Virus record (IMG/VR): IMGVR_UViG_3300029928_000001
Coordinates: 1 to 64,000 of that record
DNA length: 64,000 nucleotides
From: a virus
Lineage: Duplodnaviria; Caudoviricetes
Strand: one strand, 5' to 3'
A program made the translations under genes and the position numbers. The notes under the pieces were generated by a model that was not told the origin of the DNA, ran no database searches, and saw nothing but the letters and a program-made list of their open reading frames with translations. Positions 27,421 to 36,684 of the stretch are shown piece after piece (the stretch's first letter is position 1; each line of letters begins with the position of its first letter).

Positions 27421-29740
27421 TATTACTAAAGAACTACACCAAAATTTTATAGATTTTGCTTATGAAGCCAATAGCCAACGAGCCTTCCCAGATGTGCGAG
27501 ATGGTTTGAAGCCGGGCCAGAGAGCCTGTCTTTGGGAGTTTTATACTAAAGGATATACTTCTTCAAAGCCGCATGTAAAAAGTGCTAAGGTCAGCGGGGG
27601 CGTAATAGCCGACTGGTGGCCGCACGGGGACGTTGCCATTTATGATACTTTTGTTCGCATGAGCCAGCCTTGGATTAATAATATTCCAGAAGTTGATTTC
27701 CATGGATCAAACGGCAATCAAGTAATTGGTCCAGAAGCAGCATCATCAAGATATACGGAAGCAAGACTTAGTCCTGTTATTGAACAAGGAATGTTTGAAG
27801 GAATTAAAAAGAAAAATGTTCCAATGATTCCTAATTTCTCTGAGGATAAAGAATGGCCGGAGGTGTTGCCTGCGGTATTGCCGAGGTTGTTGATTAACGG
27901 ATCTCAAGGCATTGGCGTGACCGTTGCCAATCACTGGACTTTATTCAACCTCAAGGAGACTGTCACGCTCATCAACAAGTATACCACCTCGGGCATTTTA
28001 GATACGAATAATTATTATCCTGATTATCCAACAGGAGGAATAATTATTAATAAAAAAGACATTCCTACTATCTACTCTACTGGAAAAGGAAAAGTAGTAG
28101 TTCGCGCAAAAACTGAAGTTCAAGGAAATAATATTCTTATTACAGAACTTCCTTATCAAACTTATGTAGAGCCTTTAATTACAAAAATTAAAGAATTAGT
28201 TGAAAAAGAAGAAATTAATGGTATTGATGATATTATCAATAAAAGCGATAAGAAACATTTATTAATTGAAATTCAATGCTCAAATGCGCCTTTAACTGTT
28301 TTAAATAAGTTATTCGCAACAACTGATTTACAGAAAAGCTTTAGTCCTAATCAATATGCGCTTGTGGGCAAAACTCCTAAGCTTTTAAATCTTCAACAGT
28401 ATTTAGATTTATATATTGAGCATAATTTAACTTGTATCAAAAGAGAAAATGAATTTGAGGTAGCTAAGGCAAAAGAACGTAAAGAAATTGTTGAAGGATT
28501 AGTTAAAGCATTAGAAGATATTGATAATATTATTGCTTTAATTAAATCTTCAGAGAGTAGCTCTGACGCTCAAAAGAAATTAGAAGAAAAATATCAGTTT
28601 ACTCATAATCAAAGCAAAGCTATTGTTTCAATGAGATTAGGAACACTGGCTAAACTTGAAGCGATTGAGCTTAATAAAGAATTAAAAGATTTAATTGAAA
28701 ATATTGCTAAATATGAAAATATTATTCAAAATGTTGAAGAACAAAAAGCAATTTTCTTAGATAGACTTCAAAAATTATCTGATAAATTTGGTACTGAAAG
28801 AAAAACGCAAGTTGCGCAAATCGAAATTACTAAAGAAGAAAAAGAAATTGAATACGTAGAACCTGAAAAATGTGTTGTAGTAATGACAGAAAGTGGTTTA
28901 ATTAAGCGTATTCCAACAACCAGTTTCCGCAAACAAAATCGTAATACCAAAGGAGTAAAAACACAAGATGATATTACTCATATGATTATTCGTACAAATA
29001 CGATTGATAGTCTTATGATTTTCTCTGATAAAGGAAAAATGTATCGTTTACTTGTGGATGATATTCCAGTAGGAACAAATGCTTCTCAAGGAACGAATAT
29101 TAAAGCATTGGTGCCAATGGAGTCTGATGAAATACCGGCAACTATTTATTCTATTTATAGAGAAACTGATGCTAAATATGTATTATTCGCTACAAAGAAC
29201 GGTTTAATCAAAAGGACTTCTTTAGATGAATATATTAAGACTAAAAAGAAAAGCGGTATTCAAGCCTTAAAGATTAACGAAGGCGATAAGTTAGTAGCCG
29301 TTTCACTTATGAGCAGTGAAGAAGTAATAGTTATTACGAAACAAGGAATGAGTATTAGATTTTCTGGCGAAGAAATTTCAGTATCAGGCCGTGCCGCAGC
29401 CGGCGTAAAGAGTATTTCATTAAAAGAAAAAGATGAGGTAGTTGCCGTTTTGCCGATTCGAGATTCTAATGACGACGTCGCTGTCTTCACAGAAGCGGGT
29501 TTGGGCAAAAGAATTTCATTATCAGAATTAACTCTTCAGAAACGTGGTGGCAAAGGTTTATCAATTAGTAAAACTCCAATTGCTTGTGCTGCAATGATGA
29601 ATGAAAAAGATAAAGTATTATTAATGGGAGATAAAAATAATCTTTGTATTAGTGGTGAAGATATTCCAGTAATGGGACGTAATGCCGCAGGTAATCAGAT
29701 GATTAAAAACAATAAGATTATTAGTGTTAGTAAAGTATAA
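27410..29740 (+). CDS. gyrA: DNA gyrase/topoisomerase II subunit A
   Basis: RAFPDVRDGLKP, PHGD, ASSRYTEAR, C-terminal pinwheel repeats. Confidence 0.93.
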   Translation: MSIDITKELHQNFIDFAYEANSQRAFPDVRDGLKPGQRACLWEFYTKGYTSSKPHVKSAKVSGGVIADWWPHGDVAIYDTFVRMSQPWINNIPEVDFHGSNGNQVIGPEAASSRYTEARLSPVIEQGMFEGIKKKNVPMIPNFSEDKEWPEVLPAVLPRLLINGSQGIGVTVANHWTLFNLKETVTLINKYTTSGILDTNNYYPDYPTGGIIINKKDIPTIYSTGKGKVVVRAKTEVQGNNILITELPYQTYVEPLITKIKELVEKEEINGIDDIINKSDKKHLLIEIQCSNAPLTVLNKLFATTDLQKSFSPNQYALVGKTPKLLNLQQYLDLYIEHNLTCIKRENEFEVAKAKERKEIVEGLVKALEDIDNIIALIKSSESSSDAQKKLEEKYQFTHNQSKAIVSMRLGTLAKLEAIELNKELKDLIENIAKYENIIQNVEEQKAIFLDRLQKLSDKFGTERKTQVAQIEITKEEKEIEYVEPEKCVVVMTESGLIKRIPTTSFRKQNRNTKGVKTQDDITHMIIRTNTIDSLMIFSDKGKMYRLLVDDIPVGTNASQGTNIKALVPMESDEIPATIYSIYRETDAKYVLFATKNGLIKRTSLDEYIKTKKKSGIQALKINEGDKLVAVSLMSSEEVIVITKQGMSIRFSGEEISVSGRAAAGVKSISLKEKDEVVAVLPIRDSNDDVAVFTEAGLGKRISLSELTLQKRGGKGLSISKTPIACAAMMNEKDKVLLMGDKNNLCISGEDIPVMGRNAAGNQMIKNNKIISVSKV

Positions 29741-29741
29741 A

Positions 29742-30619
29742 ATGATTAATTATTATTGTCCAGATTTTTATAAAGGATTTTTATTATATAAATATATAAT
29801 AGAATGGAAAATAAAATATCCAGAATATTTTTATGATAATGTAAATATTAAAGCAATTTTTGGTTCTTTTCCTAATATGATATGGAATGGTGGTTCTGTT
29901 TTTATTGATAATAAAATTTTTCCTTCTGAGATTATAGAAATAAAAAATTTTTTTAAAGAACATAAAATTGCATTACAATTAACTTGTACCAATTCTTCCA
30001 TATTATCATATCACTTAGAAGATGAGTATTGCAATAATATTTTATCGTTATTAGAAGATAGTGATAATCATGTATTAGTATCGACAGATTTAATGTATGA
30101 TTATATTAAAAAAAATTATCCTTTATATAAAATTGATAGAAGTATAGTAAATACTCAAGAAGATTATGATTGGGAATTAGCTTTAGAAAAAAATATAATA
30201 ATATTGTTTTACCAAGACGGTATAGTTATAATATAAATTTTTTAAATAAAATTAATGATAAATATCGTAATAGGATAGAAATATTAGCCAATGATCCTTG
30301 TCCGATTTCTTGTCCTTTTATCAATGAACATTATAAAAAGTTTGAGCGCTTAATGCTAAAACAAGGGAAAGAGCCAGATTATGAAAATGCTTTACATTGT
30401 ACTAATGGAATAATTAATCAAGAGCTAATACCAGTAGATAATAAATATATAATCACAAAACAAGATATAGAAAAAAAATATTTACCATTAAAATACACAG
30501 AAGTTAAATTATCTAGTCGAGGAAATATAATAAAAATTACAGAATCAATAATACCTTATCTAATAAAATCTGAATACCAAATTAATATTTTCGCTAAGCT
30601 TATGAAAGAATTACTATAA
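29742..30619 (+). pseudogene. Peptidase U32-like paralog 3, frameshifted in A7 run near 30187-30193
   Basis: MINYYCPDF...WNGG in one frame; YNNIVLP..DPCPISC..HY..KLSSRG in the -1 frame; colinear with paralog 1. Confidence 0.7.
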
Positions 30620-30704
30620 GGGAGACAAAATCTCCCTTATTTTATTTTTTTAAAAAAATATAGTATAATAGATATAGAAAGAAATAAGAAAGGAAATGAC
30701 AACT

Positions 30705-30869
30705 ATGATGAAAGTAAAAACAAATGGAAAAAGTAATTACATTAGAAAAGGTATAATTGGAGAAATCAGAGAAAGAAATTTTAAAACTAATTTAGTTTTA
30801 TTTTATCCCGAACAAATGAATCCTTGCTATAGGATTTGGATTGAAGCAAACTCAGTAGAAGAGATTTAA
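30705..30869 (+). CDS. Small hypothetical protein (54 aa)
   Basis: Promoter + AAAGGA RBS. Confidence 0.5.
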   Translation: MMKVKTNGKSNYIRKGIIGEIRERNFKTNLVLFYPEQMNPCYRIWIEANSVEEI

Positions 30870-30899
30870 ACTCTTCTACTAAAAAATGAGGTGATATTT

Positions 30900-31700
30900 A
30901 TGGGAGATATTAATATTTATTATAAAAATAAACAAGCTCGAAAAGAGCAGGCAGAAAAACATACCCTTGAAATGATAAAAAAATATTCTGGATTTATTAT
31001 GACATGCGCTATAGAAAGTCAAGTTTATAGTATAAGTTTTAATCCAAAACAACCAAAAGGAATAGAGTGTAATACTGAATTTACTTTAGTAGATAAAGAT
31101 AGCGTATCAGCAATTATTGAACGACCTTTAAATGAAAGAGTAGCGGTTCTTAATTTTGCTAGTTATAAAAATCCAGGTGGAAAATTCATTGAAGGATCAA
31201 GTGCGCAAGAAGAAAGTTTATGTCATGCTTCTTTCTTATATAATGTATTAGCCACTTGCTCTGTTTATTACGATTGGAACAACGACCACAAAAATAAAGG
31301 ATTGTATGAGAATAGAGCCATTTATTCTCCTAACGTATTATTCCAAAAGGATAAAGATGAGAGAGATTGTGATGTAATTACTTGCGCAGCGCCGAACATT
31401 ACTCCAAGCCGCAAATATAATTGGGGTGTCACAGATGAAGAAAATACTGAAGCTCTAAAATCAAGAATTAAATTTGTTTTAGACATTGCGGCTGATCAAA
31501 AGGTTGAAACCTTGATTCTTGGCGCTTTTGGTTGTGGCGTCTTCGGGCAAGACGCAGAGGAAGTAGCAAATATTTTTATGGACTATTTAACTACTACTCA
31601 TAAAGTGTTTAAAAAAGTTATTTTTGCTATTCCTGCTGGTTTCCATACTGAAAATTATGATAAATTTGAAAAAGTGTTTAAAGAAAGAGGTTTGTTATGA
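30900..31700 (+). CDS. Bacterial-type PARG / macrodomain (TIGR02452-like)
   Basis: VLNFAS..NPGG...AQEESLC, ILGAFGCGVF. Confidence 0.88.
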   Translation: MGDINIYYKNKQARKEQAEKHTLEMIKKYSGFIMTCAIESQVYSISFNPKQPKGIECNTEFTLVDKDSVSAIIERPLNERVAVLNFASYKNPGGKFIEGSSAQEESLCHASFLYNVLATCSVYYDWNNDHKNKGLYENRAIYSPNVLFQKDKDERDCDVITCAAPNITPSRKYNWGVTDEENTEALKSRIKFVLDIAADQKVETLILGAFGCGVFGQDAEEVANIFMDYLTTTHKVFKKVIFAIPAGFHTENYDKFEKVFKERGLL

Positions 31701-32161
31701 GTTTAGTGGCATATACTGATGGAGCTTGTAGCGGCAATCCTGGCATCGGTAATTGGGGGCTCGTAGTTGTTGACTCTGAAACTGATAAAGTGATTGCGGC
31801 AAAAACTGGAATTCAAAAACAATTAACTACTAATAATGAAATGGAATTAACTGCTATTGTAGTAGCTCTAAAAGAATATGGTGTTGACCAAGATGAATTT
31901 CAATATCCTGTAGTATATACAGATTCTAATTATGCTTATAAAACTTTTACTGAGTGGTATCAAGGTTGGAAACGTAATAGATGGAAACGTCCAAAGAATC
32001 AACCAGTAGCAAACTTAGAATTAATTCAAGAGTATGATGCGCTTTGGGAAAGTGGTAAAAGAATTGAGCTGCGCTGGGTGCGCGGACACAACGGGAACAA
32101 ATATAATGAAATAGCTGATAAGCTTGCTACAGGGAAGTTAACTATTGAGGAAGTTATTTGA
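31697..32161 (+). CDS. rnhA: Ribonuclease HI
   Basis: YTDGACSGNPG, TNNEMEL, TDS, WVRGH, NEIAD. Confidence 0.93.
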   Translation: MSLVAYTDGACSGNPGIGNWGLVVVDSETDKVIAAKTGIQKQLTTNNEMELTAIVVALKEYGVDQDEFQYPVVYTDSNYAYKTFTEWYQGWKRNRWKRPKNQPVANLELIQEYDALWESGKRIELRWVRGHNGNKYNEIADKLATGKLTIEEVI

Positions 32162-32243
32162 AAAAAATAAAAAATATTATATAATATATTATAAAGAAAA
32201 ATAAAAGAAAGGAAATCTTGAAAAAGATTTAGGTGAAAAACAT

Positions 32244-33752
32244 ATGAACACTCTTTTACAGGGATTAAAAGCAAATACTAACTTCGGTTATACAGAGAAT
32301 GGGGCAGTAACGCATATTACTACAATGTCAGACCTCTATGATATGTTTGCGCTGGGCGGTGCTTACAGAACTCGCTCTGATGAAGACTGTATTGTTTTGT
32401 TTAAGAAAGCGTATAAGGAGAATCCTACATATGCGCTTAAGTGTCTGTTTTATCTGCGCGACGTTCGCGGCGGACAAGGCGAGAGGCGGTTCTTCCGAGT
32501 ATGCTTAAAGTGGCTTGCCAATTATGATACAGAAGCGGCGGTTAGGAACATCTCTAATGTCCCGACGTTTGGCAGATACGATGATTTGTATTGCTTAGTT
32601 GGCACTAAGGCAGAAAAAGTAGCTTTTGATTTTATTAAAAAACAGTTAATGCTTGATATGGAATGCAAGACTCCATCTCTTTTAGCTAAGTGGTTAAAGA
32701 GTGAGAACACTTCTTCACTGGAAAGCGTTAAATTGGCTAAAATTACTCGTCAATATCTTGGTATGACTTCCAAACAGTATAGAAAGACTTTATCTGTTTT
32801 GCGTGCAAAAATTAACGTCCTTGAAAGACTTATGTCAGCAGGTAAATGGGCAGATATCGAGTTTGATAAGATTCCTTCCAAAGCAGGTCTTATTTACAAA
32901 AACGCATTCGCTAGACATGACGTAGAACGAATGAAGGTAAATCCGCAAGTTGTTTCTTATGAAGCATTTGCTAAGGATGAAAATACAACTGTCAATGCTA
33001 AAGCTCTGTATCCATATGAAGTAGTTCAAAAAGCTATTGATGCTATGGGCGGATTTAGTTATTGGGGTCGTTCAAAGGATGTAGCATTAGATGATACAAA
33101 TCGTTTAATGGTAAATAAATACTGGGCTAATTTAAAGGATTACTTCGATGGAGCTACTTTAAATGCACTTCCAGTTATTGATACTTCCGGTTCAATGTGG
33201 GGACTTCCAATCCATGTAGCTATTTCTCTTGGCTTGTATTGCGCAGAACGTAATAGAGGACCATTCGCAGACCATTATATTTCTTTCAGCTCTCGTCCGC
33301 AGTTGATTAGAACTGAAGGAGTAGATTTCTGTGATAAGGTTAAGAGAATTTATGAAACAAATTTATGTGAAAACACAAATATTGAAGCTACATTTGATTT
33401 AATCTTAAATACAGCTATTGAAAATAATTTATCTTCTGATGAATTACCAGAAAATATTATTGTCATCTCTGACATGGAATTTGACGCCGCTCGTGGATGG
33501 GAGTCTAATCCAGCAGAAACATTAATGGAAGGTATTGAAAAGAAGTGGAATAGAGCTGGGTATAAGATGCCTAAGCTTGTGTTTTGGAATTGCGCGGCGC
33601 GCAACGATAGAATTCCAATGAGAGATCAATATGGAATTACATTTGTTTCTGGTGCTTCTCCTGTAATCTATGAAATGATTATGAGTGGAAAAACGGCTCA
33701 GGATTTGATGTTTGATAAATTAGATTCAGATAGATATGCTGTAATTCAGTAA
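32244..33752 (+). CDS. DUF2828-family helical-repeat + vWA protein (TROVE/Ro60-like architecture)
   Basis: TENGA, RDVRGGQGER, AKW, MIDAS DTSGSM, TN, ISDMEFD, FWN. Confidence 0.82.
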   Translation: MNTLLQGLKANTNFGYTENGAVTHITTMSDLYDMFALGGAYRTRSDEDCIVLFKKAYKENPTYALKCLFYLRDVRGGQGERRFFRVCLKWLANYDTEAAVRNISNVPTFGRYDDLYCLVGTKAEKVAFDFIKKQLMLDMECKTPSLLAKWLKSENTSSLESVKLAKITRQYLGMTSKQYRKTLSVLRAKINVLERLMSAGKWADIEFDKIPSKAGLIYKNAFARHDVERMKVNPQVVSYEAFAKDENTTVNAKALYPYEVVQKAIDAMGGFSYWGRSKDVALDDTNRLMVNKYWANLKDYFDGATLNALPVIDTSGSMWGLPIHVAISLGLYCAERNRGPFADHYISFSSRPQLIRTEGVDFCDKVKRIYETNLCENTNIEATFDLILNTAIENNLSSDELPENIIVISDMEFDAARGWESNPAETLMEGIEKKWNRAGYKMPKLVFWNCAARNDRIPMRDQYGITFVSGASPVIYEMIMSGKTAQDLMFDKLDSDRYAVIQ

Positions 33753-33858
33753 AAAATGTACATAAAATAGGGGAGATAAAATCATCTCCCCTTGTTTTTT
33801 TATAAAAAATATGATATAATATTTATATAAGAAAATTTTTATGATAAAGGTGATATAG

Positions 33859-35115
33859 ATGAATTATAATAAAAATTTATTACCAATTACTGATGTATGT
33901 TTAAATATAACAGAAGAATGTAATCTTGCTTGTGTATATTGTTTTACCGAGCATCATCCACATTATATGACTTTAGATGTAGCAAAAGATGCTGCTAAAT
34001 GGTTACATGAAAATGCAATTTTATCTTCAAAAATTCAAAATAAAGAAGTAATTCCCAATATTGGATTTTTTGGAGGAGAACCTACGTTAATGTGGGACTC
34101 TATTATTGTTCCATTAGTTAAATGGATCAAAGAAGAAAAAAAATGGAAATTTACATTTGGTATTACATCAAATTGTGTTTTATTAGATAAAGAAAAAGTA
34201 GATTTCTTAGTGCAAGAACAAATTGGACTTTTAATTTCTATGGATGGTAATGAAAAAAGTCAAAATATAAATCGTCCTTGTAAAAATTCTTGTTTAAATA
34301 GTTTTGATTTAGTTTCTAAAAATTTACCTTATATAGCAAAAAATTTTCCTTCTTCAACTTATAGAAGTACTATTAGTAAGCAAAGTGCTCCTTATGTATT
34401 TGACAACTTAATGTATGCAGGAAAAATGGGATTTGAAAATGTTTTTTCAATTATTAATGATTTTGAAGAATGGGATGAAGAATCAAGAAAAATTGTTGAA
34501 CAAGAATTTGATAAATATTGTTTATATATAATTGATGCTTGTATTAAAGAACAAAATTTTGTTAAATTAAGACCTTTTGAACTTGCTATTAATAAAATTG
34601 TAGCAGTCAATACTTTTTTATTATTTAACGAAGAAAGTGATATTGAAGAATTTGGTCCTCAAGATGAACATCGTTGTGGTATGGGCAGCGGATATGGTTC
34701 TATTAATTATAAAGGAGAAGTTTATTCATGTCAAGAAGTTGCAAGTCGCCAAGGAGAAAAAGATATTTTTTATATTGGTAATATTTATGATGGCATTAAC
34801 TTTGACCGTATTGAAAAATTAAGAAAATCTTTTTTAGAAAGAAAAACACGTTTTTATAATTATACCAATTCTAAAAAGTGTAAAAATTGTTTATCTAAAG
34901 CAACTTGTAATGCGAATTTATGTCTTGTAAATAATTATATTATGTACAAAGATTTTAGTGCAAATACTGATGCTTGGTGCTGGTGGAATAATATGCTTTT
35001 AGAAAAAGCAATGAATGTCTTATATATTTTAGGTACAAATAAAAATGAGTTTTTTAAGCAATATTTAATTAATGAAATGCATCAGCAAGGAGGATTATTC
35101 CATGCAAATGAATAA
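33859..35115 (+). CDS. Radical SAM/SPASM maturase (CXXX-repeat target type)
   Basis: CNLACVYC, FFGGEP, ISMDG, CGMG...SC...CKNC..C...C. Confidence 0.9.
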   Translation: MNYNKNLLPITDVCLNITEECNLACVYCFTEHHPHYMTLDVAKDAAKWLHENAILSSKIQNKEVIPNIGFFGGEPTLMWDSIIVPLVKWIKEEKKWKFTFGITSNCVLLDKEKVDFLVQEQIGLLISMDGNEKSQNINRPCKNSCLNSFDLVSKNLPYIAKNFPSSTYRSTISKQSAPYVFDNLMYAGKMGFENVFSIINDFEEWDEESRKIVEQEFDKYCLYIIDACIKEQNFVKLRPFELAINKIVAVNTFLLFNEESDIEEFGPQDEHRCGMGSGYGSINYKGEVYSCQEVASRQGEKDIFYIGNIYDGINFDRIEKLRKSFLERKTRFYNYTNSKKCKNCLSKATCNANLCLVNNYIMYKDFSANTDAWCWWNNMLLEKAMNVLYILGTNKNEFFKQYLINEMHQQGGLFHANE

Positions 35116-35932
35116 TTTTTTCCCAATATCTAATTATTATGCTCAAACTTTAGGAGAAACTCTGAAGCAAAAAGAACAACAATTTCCTTATGTAAATAAT
35201 AATGAAGGAATTGCTGTTACAGCTACTTGTTCGGGAACAAATTGTACTGGTGGATGTAAGGGGACTTGCAAAGGAACTTGTGCTGGTGGATGTAAGGGGA
35301 CTTGCAAAGGTACATGTTCAGGGACATGCTCTGGTACATGTACTGGAACATGCAGTAGCACATGTTCAGGTAATTGCGCAAAAACATGTACAGGTGGGTG
35401 TGAAACTTATTGTCAAAAATGCCAAGCTTATTGCCAATATGAACAAACTTTTTCAAAAAATAATGGTGCAAATAAACCGACTGGGGCAGGAAAAGTATTT
35501 ACCTGGGATTCTACTGTTGGAGAAGATAAAACTATCTTAATTAGTGCCACTGATTGGAATAAATTAGCAGGATATGTTGAAAATGCTGCAAGCGTATGTG
35601 TAGGAGGTAGTTCTGGCTCTATCACTAGAGCAAAAAAAGATGAGGCTATCTCTGCTGCAATATTTAATTCTATGAGTTCAAAATTAACGGCAATTACTTC
35701 GCGTATTGTCAAAGATAAAGAAAAAACCGCAAATCAAAGTGTTATTTACGCTTCAGACTTTGCAGCATTAAAAAATGGATATAATAATGCACAAATTAAA
35801 AGTACTTTACCAAGTGGAAAATATCCGACCTCTGGCGGAAAAAACTCTTGTTGTCAGTTAGGACAAGCTTGTATGACACAGGCGCAAGGCCGCCCTAGTC
35901 TGCAACCATGTACTCAATCTCCAGGTAAATAA
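35102..35932 (+). CDS. (CxxxC)n Cys-repeat rSAM substrate fused to helical-repeat domain
   Basis: 18 Cys in CTGGCKGTCKGTC... tract; AGGAGG RBS; overlaps rSAM stop. Confidence 0.82.
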   Translation: MQMNNFFPISNYYAQTLGETLKQKEQQFPYVNNNEGIAVTATCSGTNCTGGCKGTCKGTCAGGCKGTCKGTCSGTCSGTCTGTCSSTCSGNCAKTCTGGCETYCQKCQAYCQYEQTFSKNNGANKPTGAGKVFTWDSTVGEDKTILISATDWNKLAGYVENAASVCVGGSSGSITRAKKDEAISAAIFNSMSSKLTAITSRIVKDKEKTANQSVIYASDFAALKNGYNNAQIKSTLPSGKYPTSGGKNSCCQLGQACMTQAQGRPSLQPCTQSPGK

Positions 35933-35997
35933 TTTGAAAAAATATAAAAAATATGTTATAATAAATTATAATAAAAAATAAGAAAAGGAAATAATGT

Positions 35998-36684
35998 ATG
36001 AATAAAGATTTAGAAAAATTAACCAAATTATTAGAAGATACTTTATCGTCCTTAAAAAAAGATGAAAAAGATACAACAATTACTAAATTATTAAATGACG
36101 TAATAGATAGTTCTGGTTGGAAAAAAGGTTTTGATTCTATTATTGAAATGAAAAGTAATATTGACCGAGAACTTTTTGTTGGAGATATTGATGATGTAAC
36201 TGGTGATTCAATTAATAGTTATATTCAACTCTTTAATAAACAAGATGAAGAAGATCATATTCCAGTAGAAGAAAGAAAACCTATTAAATTATATATTGAT
36301 TCTCGTGGCGGTGATTTATATGCAACAATGACTATGATTGATGCTATTAAATTATCAAAAACTCCAGTATGGACTATTAATATTGGTTGTGCTTATTCTG
36401 GCGGTTTCTTTACCTTTATTGTAGGACATAAAAGAATTTCTTATCCTAATGCTTCTTTCCTTTTCCACGAAGGAGCTGCGGCAAATCAAGGTGATGCAGG
36501 CAAGTTTAGAAATTTTGCCGATTTTTATAGTCGTCAATTAACAAAATTAAAAGAAATTACTTTGGAACATACTAAGTTTGATGAAGCATGGTATAAAGAA
36601 CACATTAATGATGATGTTTGGCTTATGGCTGAAGATGCTTTAGAAAATGGCGTATGTGATGAAATTACTGATAAATTAGTATGA
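35998..36684 (+). CDS. clpP: ClpP-like serine protease
   Basis: YIDSRGG, AYSGG (Ser), FLFHE (His), DVWL.AEDA..G..D. Confidence 0.82.
   Translation: MNKDLEKLTKLLEDTLSSLKKDEKDTTITKLLNDVIDSSGWKKGFDSIIEMKSNIDRELFVGDIDDVTGDSINSYIQLFNKQDEEDHIPVEERKPIKLYIDSRGGDLYATMTMIDAIKLSKTPVWTINIGCAYSGGFFTFIVGHKRISYPNASFLFHEGAAANQGDAGKFRNFADFYSRQLTKLKEITLEHTKFDEAWYKEHINDDVWLMAEDALENGVCDEITDKLV

Noticed and set aside
35202-35712. Alternative-frame and antisense ORFs over the Cys-repeat gene
   Set aside because: By-products of the 12-nt repeat; no RBS
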